The notes beneath the pieces were generated by a model, which searched no databases, was not told the DNA's origin, and worked only from the letters and a program-made list of their open reading frames with translations. A stretch of DNA of 64,000 nucleotides from the human T2T-CHM13v2.0 reference genome, Homo sapiens. Position 1 is the first letter of the stretch, and each line of letters starts with the position of its first letter. This document shows positions 30,531 to 47,430 of this stretch, piece after piece. The stretch lies in NCBI RefSeq assembly GCF_009914755.1, contig NC_060933.1, one strand, 5' to 3'. Both the position numbers and the translations under genes were made by a program.

Positions 30531-31595
30531 GTGGTGCTGGGGACTCCAGGCACATTGTCCCTAAGGATCTGCCATGTAGAGCTTCTGGAGCCACCCTTGC
30601 ATAGGGGTTGTGATTTAGAATGATGGCTGAGCTCAAGAGTGTAGATACAAGACCCATGACAGGTAGGCACCAGTGCAGCCTGTGCAGATCACTGGTAAGG
30701 CCTCAGCCCAGCACGGGGCCACGTGGGAACATGAGGCCGTGAGACAAAGCTGCAGTGCGGATGGGATTGACTGAGGGGTCCCTGAGAGGTTTTAGATTAT
30801 TCTGTGTATGGAGAAGCCTCAAGGGAAGGACTTAGGGCTCATTACTAAAAAGGGGGAAAGGTGAGAATTGAATAAGTACATGGAAAAATTAATAATACAC
30901 CAAGTATTTGGATCCACATAGATGACATAGGTCAGATGGGTTACACGTTCATTCACCCACTTAATTTTCACACCGACCCTATTACCATCTCCATTTTTCA
31001 GAGAATCAGATGATATTTAGCAGCTGATTGTGAAATTATTTGTTCAAGTTCGCAAAGCTAGTTAAGTGGAGGAGCGGGGTTAAAATTTCTTTTTACCTCA
31101 TTTAAAAAATTATCACCTCAATAGCATAGTTATTATTATTTAGTTTTATATAAAAGGCCATTTAAAAACCATAGCTCATTTTTCACAGAAAGGAGTCAAC
31201 TGACACTGCCTAAAATTGAAAAAGACTCCAAATTCATCATGGTTTTTATCTTTTGTCTTAGTTTAGATCTTATGGCCAAGAAGCATATCTAAAATTCAGC
31301 AAGTCTTCCAATTTTACCTGTTTCTAAGGTAAATTCATGATAAAGTCATAAAACAACAGTTTCATAAGTAAAATTTTACATACAGAATGATTTTTTGCTT
31401 TGAAGTTGTTTCTATTTTAACAATATATAAGCATAGAAACTTGTCTAATGTAACAGTCATCAACTATGAACCCTGGTTATTTTTGATTCTGGGAAATTGG
31501 CTACTTTTCTCTTCTGTCTTGCCTATTTACTTTTTTTTCTTTTCTTTAAATATTTTAATTAACTTATAAATATTTTATTATTTAATTAAAAATTT

Positions 31596-31703
31596 AAAAT
31601 ATGAAACGCTTCACAAATTTGCATGTCCACCTTGCGCAGGGGGACCATGCTAATCTTCTCTGTATGAGTCCAATTTTAGTATATGTGATGCCAAAGTGAG
31701 CAC
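31596..31703 (-). pseudogene. U6 snRNA retropseudogene (RNU6-type), full length
   Basis: Reverse complement GTGCTCACTTTGGCATCACATATACTAAAATTGG..ACAGAGAAGATTAGCATGG..CAAATTTGTGAAGCGTTTCATATTTT aligns over the whole U6 with roughly a dozen differences; AT-rich tail follows. Confidence 0.93.
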
Positions 31704-31830
31704 TATTGAATTTTTTTTAGACTTTTACACTATGTTTAAATAAACAGTGAAGTTATATTTCTGGAAAAAAATAAAATAGCTCATGATTTTCTAAACATAC
31801 TAGCTGGTATCAATAAAAAATGACACTTTT

Positions 31831-32132
31831 GGCTGGGCACAGAGGCTAATGCCTGTAATCCCGGCACTCTGGGGGGCCAAGGCAGGCGATTGCTTGAGCA
31901 CAGGAGTCCGAGACCAGCCTGGGCAACATGGTCTGGTCTTGTCTCTACAAAAAATACAAAAATTAGCCAGATGTGGTGGCACACACCTGTAGTCTCAGCT
32001 TCTCAGAAGGCTGAGGTGGGAGGATCACCTGAGCTGAATCACCTGAGGCTGCAGTGGGCTGTGATCGACCACTGCACTCCAGCTTGGGCAACAGAGTGAG
32101 GCCTTGTCTCCGAAAAAAAAAAAAAAAAAAAA
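31831..32132 (+). mobile_element. AluJ
   Basis: Full Alu with A tail. Confidence 0.85.
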
Positions 32133-32512
32133 GACCTTTTCGCCTGCCTTAAACTCTCTGTAGAGACCCTCTACTTCTCCATTCTCACTGCATGTAGCAG
32201 CCACATTTTCCCTCCTTGTCATATTTCCAGGAAATAATGTGGCTGAGATTTTTGTCTGTATCTTTAAAAGCAGTGGTTTGAAGACTTGTTCACAGCACCT
32301 GAATGTTACAATGCTTTTGGTGGAGCAACCTAAAATCTGACTACACCTTATTCCAGCCTAGGAACTAGAAATATTACAACAGCCAAAAGGGCGATGTGTG
32401 CACACAAATCTGTATCTCAAAAATGATGATGTAAAAAATATTTTCCAGAAAATCAGAGATCTGAGTTTTCCCATTTATATTCCTTGATCACGTGCCAACT
32501 TTATCAATATCA

Positions 32513-32872
<360 letters not shown>

Positions 32873-32979
32873 TCAAGGATTCGAGAACTCTTTATGGGAC
32901 AATAACACTGGGAAAATCTCATCCATGGATGTTGCTATTTTCTACTAATGGGGAAAATGCTGCTATTGTTTGATTTTCA

Positions 32980-33281
<302 letters not shown>

Positions 33282-34021
33282 TTATATATCAGCCAGTCAT
33301 TGTTTCAAACATGATTACATCTCTCAAATGAGTGATAGTAACATTTTGAGTTTCAAAATGTAAAAGGAATGGCAAGTTCTGCCAGTCTTATCCTCGAGGG
33401 AAGCAAACTGTCATGGCTTAATTGTCCCCCAGAGATCATTAGGACTGTTAATTATTTGAACTTTACTCGTTTTGGCTTTCCTAGGAAATGCAGCTGACCA
33501 GAAGTTTCTATGAAGGATATGAGGTGGGATATATCTCCCTTAATATCCCCCATACATGCCTCTTTTCCTTTTCACAGGTACAAATGGCAGACCTGAGATG
33601 GCTGTTAGAGAATTGCATCCAGAATCCCGTGTCCTGTCCTACATTTTGCACTCTGGGTACCCCCTAAACTCCATCTTTCCTCAGAAGCTTCCAGGTCCTA
33701 GAGAAGAAAGAAAGGGGACCTCATCCTATGGCCAGGGTATTGGGGCTTTACCCACATTCTCTCATGTTAAGCCCCACAAAACTCCTCAGAGGCAGGTATT
33801 ATCTCATCCATTTTACAGAGGAAGGAAGAGAGGATCAAACAGTCACTTTTCCAAGAGCTTACAGCTGTAAACTAGCCAGGGGCCTGACAGAAGCCTTTCC
33901 AACTCCAAAGCCCCCATCCTTTTCATTCGTCCAGAGATCCCCCTGCAGTTACTCTCTGACCAATGACACATCTGGGCACAGTACCCATGCCATAGCTAAG
34001 GTCAAGAAATGGGAACTACAA

Positions 34022-34356
<335 letters not shown>

Positions 34357-34659
34357 TCAGTACTACAACTATTACTAGTACTCACCACCCTGATTACAGC
34401 AATTATCTTTCTGCTTTGGATTATAATTATTTGTGACTCTTGTCTTTCCCTCCAGTAAAGTGTGAGTCTTTGGATGGGAATTGTCAAAGTCACTTTACTA
34501 TTCCCTAACGATGCCTAGAACAGTCAGGTGCACATGTGCCCTGGTGATTCTGGGACATTTTGGGAAATGGCTCCTCCTACAGGTGTCAAAGCTCAGTGAT
34601 TAGCTTTGGTTCTGTTGACAGACGGGGCTGCCTTTTCATGGATATGCCGTGGAAAGCAG

Positions 34660-35445
34660 CTTCTGATGTGGGTTGCAATGATCCCCGTCCTAGTATTCAT
34701 GCCCCTGTGTAATCTCTCCCCTTGAGTGTGGGCTGGACATAGGGATTTGCTTCTCATGAACAGAATATGGCAAAAGTGATGGGGGCCAGGTGCGGTGGCT
34801 CACACCTGCAGTCCCAGCACTTTGGGAGGTCGAGGCAGGCAGATTACTTGAGGTCAGGAGTTCTAGACCAGCCTGGCCAACATGGTGAAACCCCGTCTCT
34901 ACTAAAAATACAAAAATCAGCCAGGCTTATTGGCTTATACCTGTAATCCCAACTACTTGGGAGGCTGAGGCAGGGGAATTGCTTGAACCTGGGAGGCGGA
35001 TTGCAGTGAGCCAAGATCACACCACTGCACTCCAGCCTGAGCGACAGAGCAAGACTTTGTCTCAAAAAGAAAAAAAGTGATGGGATGTCAGTTCTGTGCG
35101 TAGGTTACAAAAGACTGTGCCTTTGCCTTGCTGTCACTCTCTCTGGCTCTTCTTATGTGCTTTCTCTGATGGAGAAGGCTGGAGAGACCTATGTGACTAC
35201 AGGCTGAGGGCATCCTCTGTCCAAGAGTCCTTGAGGACCTGATCCCTGTCAGCAACCGTAAAAACAAGCCTGCAGATGAGACCGCAGCCCTGACACCTTG
35301 AATGCAGCCTTGTAAGAGCCCCGGATACAGAAGACCCAGCTAAGCCATGCCCCGACCCCCACTCCACAGGAACTGTGAGGTGATAAAGGTGGATTGTTCT
35401 AAGACACTAAGTTTGGGAGTAATTTATTACACAGTAGTCAATAAT
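34660..35445 (+). mobile_element. MLT1D-like MaLR LTR interrupted by an Alu
   Basis: cccttgagtgtgggctggac..cagatgagaccgcagccc..ctaagtttgggagtaattt. Confidence 0.7.
34784..35075 (+). mobile_element. AluS
   Basis: TSD aaaagtgatggg. Confidence 0.9.
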
Positions 35446-35632
35446 GAATCCTTATGCTAACTATGTAAGGTTTTCAGGGAGAAAGGGCTAGTCTCATTAT
35501 TACCTAAATTGGAAATAAATGGAATTTGGGGGCTGCTCCCTGGGACTAGTCAGAAGGGCTAAGAAGCATTTGTATCTAAACAATTAGTCATCATAGTTGT
35601 TTTAATTGAAAAAGTTGCAGTACAGAACTCAC

Positions 35633-35731
35633 AAACTATACTGTCTTGTTAACTTCCTCACTCGGGGAGGCTTGATTTCCGGCTTTTCCACAGCTGGCTG
35701 GGCAGTTTCCACACGAATAGGAATAGGACTT
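35633..35731 (-). CDS. EPB41L4B: EPB41L4B exon ([R]SPIPIRVETAQPAVEKPEIKPPRVRKLTRQYS-F)
   Basis: tctag acceptor, GTGAGT donor, 99 nt, phase 2-2. Confidence 0.93.
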
Positions 35732-36565
35732 CTAGAGACACACCGAAAAACAGAACAATACCATCAAAAAAGGTTTATGGTCTCGTTTTAGCCATAGGGA
35801 CTGCTTTCTCAGTTAATGTACACCTTAATAACATTGATAGTCAAGAAATCCATTTTTTTTGCCTTTCTACCGTACTTAGTTCATAATTATAATTATATTT
35901 TAAAACCATAGAAAATCCAAACAGTAAGAAAAAAATCATAGGGAAGAAAATATAGCAAATGGGGCAACTAAACATAATTGAGGTACAAAATAAAATTTCT
36001 CTGCTCCGTAACAGCCACCCCTGCCCCCCAATATGAGGGGTGAACCAGAATGAGGGTTTGGCTCATAACCAGGTTTTGCCAGTAAAATGAAGAGAAACCT
36101 ATGGATAACCTGTTTTTAATTCCAAGTAATCTGGTAGCTATTCTATTTTAAACATAGCACAGACTATATTTTTTTTTTAAAAAAAGATAAGAACCATACT
36201 ATACTTTGTGTGAAAAATGCATAATCAGAAGACCTTTAGGACTTGCTGTAACACATTTTAATTCCATGTATGTGTGAAAATGCTAAAAATTAAGCGTCAC
36301 TTTTATCTTTACTCAAGAATTTATTTCAGGTAACCAATGGACCCTACTCAAAATAGTAATTTTAAGGAAAATTTTTAATGCATTTTTGTAGTGGTCATGA
36401 CTAATTTCATTTTTAAAAAATCAGTTCATTACCTCCTAGGACCAACAAGGCATCAAAACAAGTTGAGGTCCTTGAAAGGGACCCCTGGCAAGTCAACTGA
36501 CACTTTTGGGTCAGTGCTCAATATGGTGATAAGTATGTGGCCGGGGCCTAACAAATGCATGTTGA

Positions 36566-36870
36566 GGCCGGGTGCAGTGGCTCACGCCTGTAATCCCAGC
36601 ACTTTAGGAGGCTGAGGTGGGCAGATGACTTGAGGTCAGGAGTTTGAGACCAGCCTGGGCAACATGATAATACCCGTTTCTACAAAAAAATACAAAATTA
36701 GCCAGGTATGGTGGCGCATGTTTGTAGTCCCAGCTACTCAAGAGGCTGAGGTGGGAGGATCACCTGAGCCCAGGAGGTCGAGGCTGCAATGAGCAATGAT
36801 TATGCTACTCCACTGCAGCCTGGGTGCTGGAGTGAGACCCTGTCTCAAAAAAAAAAAAAAAAGAAAAAAA
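36566..36870 (+). mobile_element. AluJ
   Basis: Full Alu. Confidence 0.85.
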
Positions 36871-36989
36871 AAGTATGTTGAATAAACACATGAATGAGAA
36901 AATAGAGGATTTGAGTCAATGCATTCTATACTCATGGTTTCCTCAAGCTGCGACTCCACAGTAAAGGGAACATGGTCCCTGAAGAACGT

Positions 36990-37720
36990 ATAGTCTATTG
37001 AGGGAGCACATGAATTTGCTTGGGTGGAACGGTCAGCATCGGGGAAAGCTACGTGGAGGAGTTTCCTCTTTCCAGATGGAGCGAAGACCACAAAGATGAG
37101 AGGCAGAGTGGAGACCTGGCTGAACGCAGGGCACTAGAACTACCATCCGGTGAGGTCTCAGTGGAAGAGCAGAGGGTTTTAACTGGAGGGAAAGTCGAGG
37201 CCGGGTCATATGGGGCCTCAGGCTGAGGAGTCTACACTGAAGGCAATGGACCTCAACTCTCTAAAGGTTTTAGGCAAAGGAGTGGCATAGTCAGATTTAC
37301 ATTACAGAAAGGTCCTTAGAACAATGAAGAGGACCAGGTGAAAGGGAGGACAGAAGCATCTTAGAGGACTGTGGGCAGCAGTAGGCCCGGAAGACAATGA
37401 GGGCTCAAGGTATAGACAAGAGGAAAAGAGGATGGATGTGGAAGGTAAAATGAAAGTCAAATTGCCAGGACTTGGTGACCAATTAGATGAGGGAATAAGG
37501 TAGGAGAAAAGCAAGGACTCCCAGGTTTCAGGCCTGGGTGAGGGGTAGGTAATAATACCATTGACTAAGAATGGAAACCAGGTGAAGGTTAGTGGGGTGG
37601 AGTGGGAAGAGATGAATTAAGTTTTTGAAAAGCCCTGGAGGCAGCTGGGTATGTATCTCAGGAGTAAGACAAATTTATACCAAGCACACAGATTGGGAAT
37701 CATAAGGTGATACAGAGAAA
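36990..37720 (+). mobile_element. L2 fragment
   Basis: Purine-rich L2 phrases (caggacttggtgaccaattagatg; gactcccaggtttcaggcctggg). Confidence 0.5.
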
Positions 37721-38109
37721 TGTTAGCTTTGATTTTTGGCATCGAGTATAATAGTTCCCCAGAGCAGTGGTTCTAGATCACCTAGGTGCCCGCTAACATG
37801 ATGATTCTTGTCTCTACTGGCACCCACCAAACACCCACCACACACATTCACACAAAGGATCCAAAAGGTCTGGAGTAGGACCCAGGAGTTTGTGTTTTTA
37901 AGAAGAGACTCTGATGCAGTGGTCCTTGGACCCATTTTGGGAAACTACCCTAAGGAGACCCTGCTGGTGTTAGTAAACCACCAGGTGGCAATGAGGCCAC
38001 CACCACCATGCCAAGAAGGAAAGAGTTCCTGTTCTCTGTGAGATCAGGGGAGGAAGGACTTCCTCTGGGTTTGGGGTGGTGGTGGCCTGGAAGCTTTAAA
38101 GAACATGTG

Positions 38110-38268
38110 TAGGGGATGGGAGGAGAGTGGATGATGAGAAATTACTTAATGGGCACAATGTACATTATTTGAGTGATGGATATTCTAAAAGCCCTGACTT
38201 CACTACCGTGCAATCTATGCACAGATCCAAGTTACACTTGTACCCCATAAATTTATACAAAGAAAAAG
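38110..38268 (+). mobile_element. L1 (L1PB/L1MA-like) extreme 3' end
   Basis: gatgagaaattacttaatggg..aagccctgacttcactac..cacttgtaccccataaatttatac. Confidence 0.7.
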
Positions 38269-38270
38269 TA

Positions 38271-38570
<300 letters not shown>

Positions 38571-39059
38571 ATACATTTTTAAAAGGAACATATGTAGCTC
38601 CAGCACTAACAAGAAGCTCAGCAGGCAGGGCACATCAATGGGCCAAGGGAAGCTGGCCCAAGTCCAAGCTGGAGTTGTGAGCAGAGGCCAGGTCTTGAAG
38701 GGCCTGGCCTCCTGCACTCTGTTAAGGAGTTGGGATTCCATTCTGAGTGTAAACAGAGCCTTTAAAGGGCTTTAAGCAGGGGGATGGCAATGTGAAGCCC
38801 ACTTGCTTGAGTGACAACCCCAAGTGATTGATTTCTTTGTTAATGCAGCAGGCAGAGATATTAAAACTGAGAATAAGCAACATTTTTGAGGCTTGCGGAA
38901 AGTTAGTTAAGCCAGTCTTTTTCCATCTCTTTGGGCTCCTATTCTCTGTTTTATTTGTCCTCTGATTTTATCAGCTAATGCCCTCGTGAGCAATGTTTCA
39001 AGGATAATGTTGATGATACAGAGAATATCATTTCCCCATTCAGACAAGGAGCAACAGAC

Positions 39060-39127
39060 CTTACACTAGCGTCCTGAAGACTGGATTTCTTATTGATATT
39101 TACAAACGGTGATTCCTCCTTTCCACC
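39060..39127 (-). CDS. EPB41L4B: EPB41L4B exon (GGKEESPFVNINKKSSLQDASV-R)
   Basis: ttaacag acceptor, AG|GTCTG donor, 68 nt, phase 0 to 2; keeps frame with both neighbours. Confidence 0.92.
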
Positions 39128-39869
39128 CTGTTAAAGAAAGCATTCAGGTTAGTCAAAACTGAATATGTTGGCATGCAAAAAATGTTTTCAAGTCTCTTAC
39201 ATTCAAAAGATTATAGAAATTGGCAAGTGGACCAAAGAGGTAGTTCACCAAGTACTCAATCAATAGAGAATCTTGCACTGGTGTTTATATATGTTAACAA
39301 AAAATGTTTTCTTGAGTAATAGGATTAAGACAATCATTCAGATGCAATCAATTCTTGCATTCATGCTTTTATTGAACACCTGCTACGTGCCAGCTCATGC
39401 TTGAATTAGAAAGGGATAGTGTGGGAAAAGCCAAACCCGCAGTTTAATCCTTCACCTCACAGTTTGGGTCAGGAATAATAATCAGCTCTATGTTCACATA
39501 GCACTTACAGTTTACAAAGGAATTTGGAATCTGTCCTTTCACATCAGCATAACAACCATAACAGCCTGGCAGGAATCACGTCATATGATTTTGAGAGAAA
39601 CCTTGTCCTCCTCCCTCTGATGAATCCCACAAAGAATAGTGGGGGAAGAAGAGACACCCACTCAGCCAGCCAGGCCAGCTGACCGCACACTAGTGGTCAA
39701 TAGAACATGCAGAGGCCTGCAGCTTGGCCTCTGTTCTAAATACATATTGAGCAAAGATTTCAAGCCTGCTGGCTTGGAGGACATGGCATTATTAGCCTGT
39801 CAAGATTGCCCACATATAGATCCAGTCTTACATCCTAATCAAAGCCTTTTTAATTTTTGTTTTTGATTT

Positions 39870-40266
<397 letters not shown>

Positions 40267-41548
40267 TAACATTTAAACCCCTAGCAGTATACTTGGCTGT
40301 GCATCAACCTCCTCTCCCTCCATCACAACCCCTCAAAACCCTCTAAACCATGGATTCCCAAAGCATGCTTCTGTGTTCCTATGAATTTCAGTTCTACAGA
40401 TAACAGTAGGAGCTACTTATGGCCAGTTAGGTGTGAAAGAAAGTAAAACAGGCTTCTTTCCTGCAGGACTTTTCAGAGACTATAAGAAGCTGATGTGTAC
40501 TGGGACTGTCCCATGGGATTTCATGTGCAGCATTTCCAGAATTATCAGGGAGAATCCTGTGGGGCTTGTGTTCCTTATAACATCTTGGGAAACGCTAATG
40601 TCAAATTACTGACTTCACACTCCCCTGCTTTTTTCCTGCTTTCATGCCCTTCCGCTGTGTCTTTTTGGCTAGGAAATGTGTTCTTACCTATTTGTCATCT
40701 CTTCCCTATACTTTACAAAATAGAATATTTTCGAGATACTGCACTTCTCCAATGGAGCAGAAATATGGGTCCTCCACAGATAATACCTGCAGCATGGGGT
40801 TATTGGGAACATGTTACAACTTTCTAATGTAGATAATTACAGCTTTGTAAATTGCAAAATATGTGTCAGTTTTGTTTGTTCTGTGATAGTATAAAAATGG
40901 CATACCTGAAATCAATGAAGGTAGACTGAAAATAAAGAATTTGTGACTATAACCTTGACATTCCTGAGTTTGTGATGGGAAATAAACCTGACCATCCTCT
41001 AAAAAGGGCTACTACTGTTATCTGTAAGCAATCAGTGCCCCCAGCAATTTCATCACGCCACAACTGTGACCACTGTTGTCAATACCTCTGCAGTGGTGGA
41101 GCAAGGCATTGCACCAGGTACTCTGCATAGATAATCTCATGTAATCTTCACAATAACCTGACAGATGTTGTTATCTCCATTTTCATAGGAGAGAACTAAG
41201 GCTCAGAGAGGTTGACAAACAAGCTTAAGGTGACATTCCTGATCAATCACAGATCAAGGTTCAAAGCCAGACCATCTGACTTTGAAACTTGTGTTCTACA
41301 TCTTACTGCCTCCTGTTTATATCACAACCCCCAAATAAAAGACATTTTGTAAGCTTTCTCTTGACTTTCATGGTATGTTCTGGACGGACCTAAATTATTC
41401 AGATTGCTACATATATAAATGGAAATAATAATAGAAGAGATTACTGAGTATTTACTTTACCCTTGGCAACATAAGCATATACATTAGGTTTATAAGGAAT
41501 GAAGGAGATAGTTTTTAAAATTTATTTCTTATTTTTTACTTTATTTAA

Positions 41549-41850
<302 letters not shown>

Positions 41851-42657
41851 GGTGAAGAAGATAGTTATATATTTTTCTAATGAAATCACGGACTGCAGCT
41901 TTTTATAATATTTCCAGGACAAGGATGACAAGTGGGCTTCCACCTGAGTGCCAACTCTGATCAACAGGTGGTACCTCCTTGGAATGCCCACCATGTAGAT
42001 AGTGATTCTGAGGCTGCATTTAGGGTCACAGGGAAAGAGTCATGGTCCACCAGGGATACCTGTTATGAGTTCAAGTGGGAGAATTTATGGCAGCTATTAA
42101 ACTAGCAACTTTTATCTCCAAGTCCACCTTTCAAACATCTATTTTATGGAGCTGGCCCAGGGGCCTGCAAACCTCATGTCTGCTTTGCCAGGTGGCTCCA
42201 TGATAGGTTCTGTCCACATGGGGCGCTCCTTGTCTGCTTCCTGCTCCTGCGAGTCACCCCAGCCTTGCTGCTTCTTGTGGGCAGCAGCAGTTCCTCCTGC
42301 AGTCACAGCTGAATACAATTTGCAGTTTTCCAACACTGGCAGATCCAGCTGCATGGTATCCACCTCAGACATATCAGCACCAGCCAGCTGATGTCCCCTC
42401 CTCAGTCTGAGTCCAGGACCCACAGGCATGTCTTAAGAGCTCAGAAATGCCAGCGCCAGGCACAGTGGCCCCTGCTTAGAAGTCTGAGTTTAGTCTCCAC
42501 AGGGCTTCTCCTCCAAATATCTAATTTTAATGTTGACAGCATCTCTGTTCCCTCAGCTATAGGGATGGAAAGTGTGGCCTGCAGTTGCTACCTCTGGTAC
42601 CTTAGAGTTGTGTGGCCCAAAATGTGGTCCTGTGGGCTTGTTAGAAATGCATATTCA

Positions 42658-42990
<333 letters not shown>

Positions 42991-43292
42991 TCATGAGCCC
43001 CCACCCCAATTTACCAAATCTCTGGGGACAGGGCCCAGTTTTCCAGGTGACTTATGCACAATAACATTTGAGAACTGCTGCCTTCAAGTTCTCTTTTCAC
43101 CCTTTCATGTACCTAATCCTTTTAAATTAAAATCTTGGTTCACATATCAGGTATGGTTCACATGCCCGGTTCTCATCTCCTGACTGGACCCTGACTGACA
43201 CAGCATCTCAGTCCTACGGTGCCTCTTTCTTCTCTGTGGCATCGAGGAAATCCTATAACATGAAATCAAAGGAATGTATGCATTCTGCGCAC

Positions 43293-43418
43293 CTGGATGT
43301 TCACTCGGGAAGCATTTTCCAACTGGGCTTTCAGAATGTTACACTTCACATGATCCGCAACAGGGGAAGGCAAAAGTGGAGTCTGAAGAGTTTTCTCCGA
43401 GACTTTCTTTTCTTCAGC
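43293..43418 (-). CDS. EPB41L4B: EPB41L4B exon (AEEKKVSEKTLQTPLLPSPVADHVKCNILKAQLENASRVNIQ)
   Basis: tctcag acceptor, CAG|GTGCG donor, 126 nt, phase 0-0. Confidence 0.95.
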
Positions 43419-44747
43419 CTGAGACAAACCAAAATACAAACAGCAGATTGTAAACAAAGAGAGAACCATGTGCATTAACTTTTCCCAATAATCATAACTG
43501 CATATAACACAGACCTACATACATAGACAGGGGTGTCACCAACTCCTTATATTTTTATCAGTGCTTTACTATTTGCAAAGGGTTCTCAGGCACAGCATGT
43601 CATTCCCTCGTGAAATAGGGTGAGGACCTACCAGAAGCCAGGGTAAAGGTTTAAAGAGAAGAAAAGGCTTTTCCAGCATCATGGGGCAAGAGCCAGTGGC
43701 AGAAGAGGACATCTCCTGGTTCAAGTCTCCTAACCTCAGTCCAGTGTTATTTTCCCCATAACTGCCATCTCTTACATAGAAAAATTCAATTCTGTGACTT
43801 GTTGGGTCCAGGGGAAGGGTACAAAATATTCATTGGTAGTTTGACAACAAATCTTGCAGAAAATTGTGATTTTCAACAAGAAATTTATATTTGTTAGCTT
43901 ATTGTAGAGTGTCTTGTACTTCAGTAATTTGCATGACCTTTATAATTTTTGCCATATCTCATGTATTCACTGAACATGTATCTATAATTCATGTGATCCA
44001 GTTAAGGTGAATTACCCTGGGACCACCTATTTGAACTGTGTCCAAAGCAATAATATCTTTGAAATTATAGGCTTTGTGACTATTATATTTATTATAATAA
44101 ACATGATGATATTTAAATCACTATTAAAATAAAAAGTACTCATCCATGTGTACAACCTGAAATCACCTTTGATGGTATACACACTACATTTTGGGAAATA
44201 ATGTCTTATTGTTAACCATGCCTATTGTGGTCATTTCATATCCCAATGCTAATATGGTACCCGGCACATAGTAGATGTCCAATAAATACCTACTAAAGAA
44301 GATTATGATAATATACAGTCATTATTAGAAGAGACGTGTTTAATAAGGAAGACAGGACCGTGTGATTGCTAGAGGTCAGTTCAGTAATATTAGGACTAAA
44401 TGTGACATATCAGCCACCATGCACCAGAGCAAGAATCAAATGTCCCAAAGCTCTCAAGTTCTTCAAGTTCCAACATTAATCTTATTCACTAATTAAGAAG
44501 TCCTACTGAGCATGTTGGTACACACTAAGTGCTATGAAAGCTAGAGGAAGTATAGAGCAACTGGCCAGCTAATATCGTTTAATAAAGAAATGAGGTAGAG
44601 TTTCCCAGGGGGACCTCCAAACATATGGAGAAGCATTTGGTAGACCAAGCAGAACTTTCCAATTTTATGTAATAGCAAGACGGCAGAGACAGATTTGAAT
44701 CTCAGCTCTTTCACTTACTTGGACCATTAAAAAAAAAAAGGATCATG

Positions 44748-45032
44748 GGCTGGGCACGGTGGCTCACACTTGTAATCCCAGCGCTTTGGGAGGCCGGGGC
44801 GGGTGGATCACTTGAGCCCAGGAGTTGGAGACCAGCCTGGGAAACACAGCGAAACCCCATCTCTACTAAAAATAGAAAAATTAAGAGGGCGTGGTGGCCC
44901 TCACCTATAATTCCAGCTACTCGGGAGAATCACCTGAGCTCAGGGGTGGAGGTTGCAGTGAGCCAAGACTGCACCACTGCACTCCAGCATGGGCAACAGA
45001 GCAAAACCCTGTCACAAAAAAAAAAAAAAAAA
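44748..45032 (+). mobile_element. Alu (J/S)
   Basis: Alu with a small right-arm deletion. Confidence 0.85.
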
Positions 45033-46506
45033 GATGCTGTTTATAAAAAGAAAAAGAGTGCCAGTGGCTAACATATACTGAGAGCTTATTATGGGTTAGC
45101 CACTGACTATGCATTTCATACGCATGTCTCACCAAGTCCCCTCATGTAACCATCTCATTTCAAGATAACTACTATCATTATCCCCAGTTTATAGATACAA
45201 AAAACAAAGCAGATAGATGGTAAGTCACTTGTCCATAGTCACACAGGAAGTAAGCAGAGGAGCCAAGATTGACAGCCAGAAATGGTGATGTTGGTTACTC
45301 CAAAGCCAGAGCTCCTGACTAGTCAATCGTACTGCTTCCCCTTCAATTCTCTGAATCTGTTTCTTTCTTCATAGGATTGTTATGGTGCTCAAGTGAGAAA
45401 AACAGATATAAATGGCACTTTCAGGTTAGATTCTTTAGTTAGCAAATATATATAACCAAAAAAAAAAGAGCATTGGATGTGAGAACACTAATGATCGATC
45501 CTGAGCTATCAATCTTTCCTGAGCCATCAAGCTGAATCTGAAGAAAGCTGGCTCATTTGACTGGATTCATTATCCTGAGGGCCTCCACATTCTCCTTCAG
45601 GCAAATAAGTAACATTTATTTTGAAAGGTGAGGTTTACAGTATACCCTTAAGATAATTTATCTTGTGTTTGTAAATCCTGTTACATCAAGATAATTGAAT
45701 GGATATTTCACTGGTGCATGAAGAGATAGTTTTAAAATTAGATTTAATTTTTCAGAATGGTATACTGGCATACAGGAGTCAAATTGGTTATAAAGCCCAT
45801 TTGAGGCTTTTGACAATTGCTTAAGGGGAAGTAGTTATACTGGCAGTAATGACCGAAGACCCACTTCAAAAAATAGAATGCTGCTAAAATAAGAACGAAA
45901 AGTTAGCACTGATTTTCCCCTTGAATTTACTAATTCTAAACTGCTTTTTTGGACATAAAATTCAAGCTGGCTTGTTCTTGTTCATTCTGGACAATGCAAG
46001 ACCTGTAATATTCTGCTACATGAACTGACGCAGGTGAAGGCCAATATACATTTTGGGAAATTTGTGCATCGTCATATGAATTTGTATAAAAGATATCTCT
46101 GTGGCAGATAAACATCTGGGTTCCAAGACCGTATCATTCCTTCCTGGAGGATGGCTTCAAGAATGTTGTGCTTTCTCCTTTCCTGTGACTGTATTTTGTA
46201 TTTTATGTTCAGTCAATTTGAATTGTGGAAAGATACTTTGTTGTTCAATATGGGATTACAGATTTCAAAACATAGACATGAATGACAATTAGGCTTTGAT
46301 ATTATTATAGTTGGAAATAGTCCGTCTGTTTGGGGATATCATTTGGGGATAAAGAAATGATCAGATGTATATTTGAATTGTTTATACAAATTGTTTACAC
46401 ATCTAAAATCTGATGAGAATTAAATTCTTGTGTTAATTTTGGGCACAAACTTTGGAACTGGACAGTGAAAATGACATCTCACCATTCAATCAAGAAGCGA
46501 AAGTTA

Positions 46507-47430
<924 letters not shown>

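Noticed and set aside
42139-42429. 96-aa minus ORF resembling an alternative last exon
   Set aside because: The sequence resembles an ancient ERVL-type LTR (ggcaaagcagacatgaggtttgcag..gtttaatagctgcca), the acceptor is poor and no homology is recognised; RNA-seq would be needed to revive it
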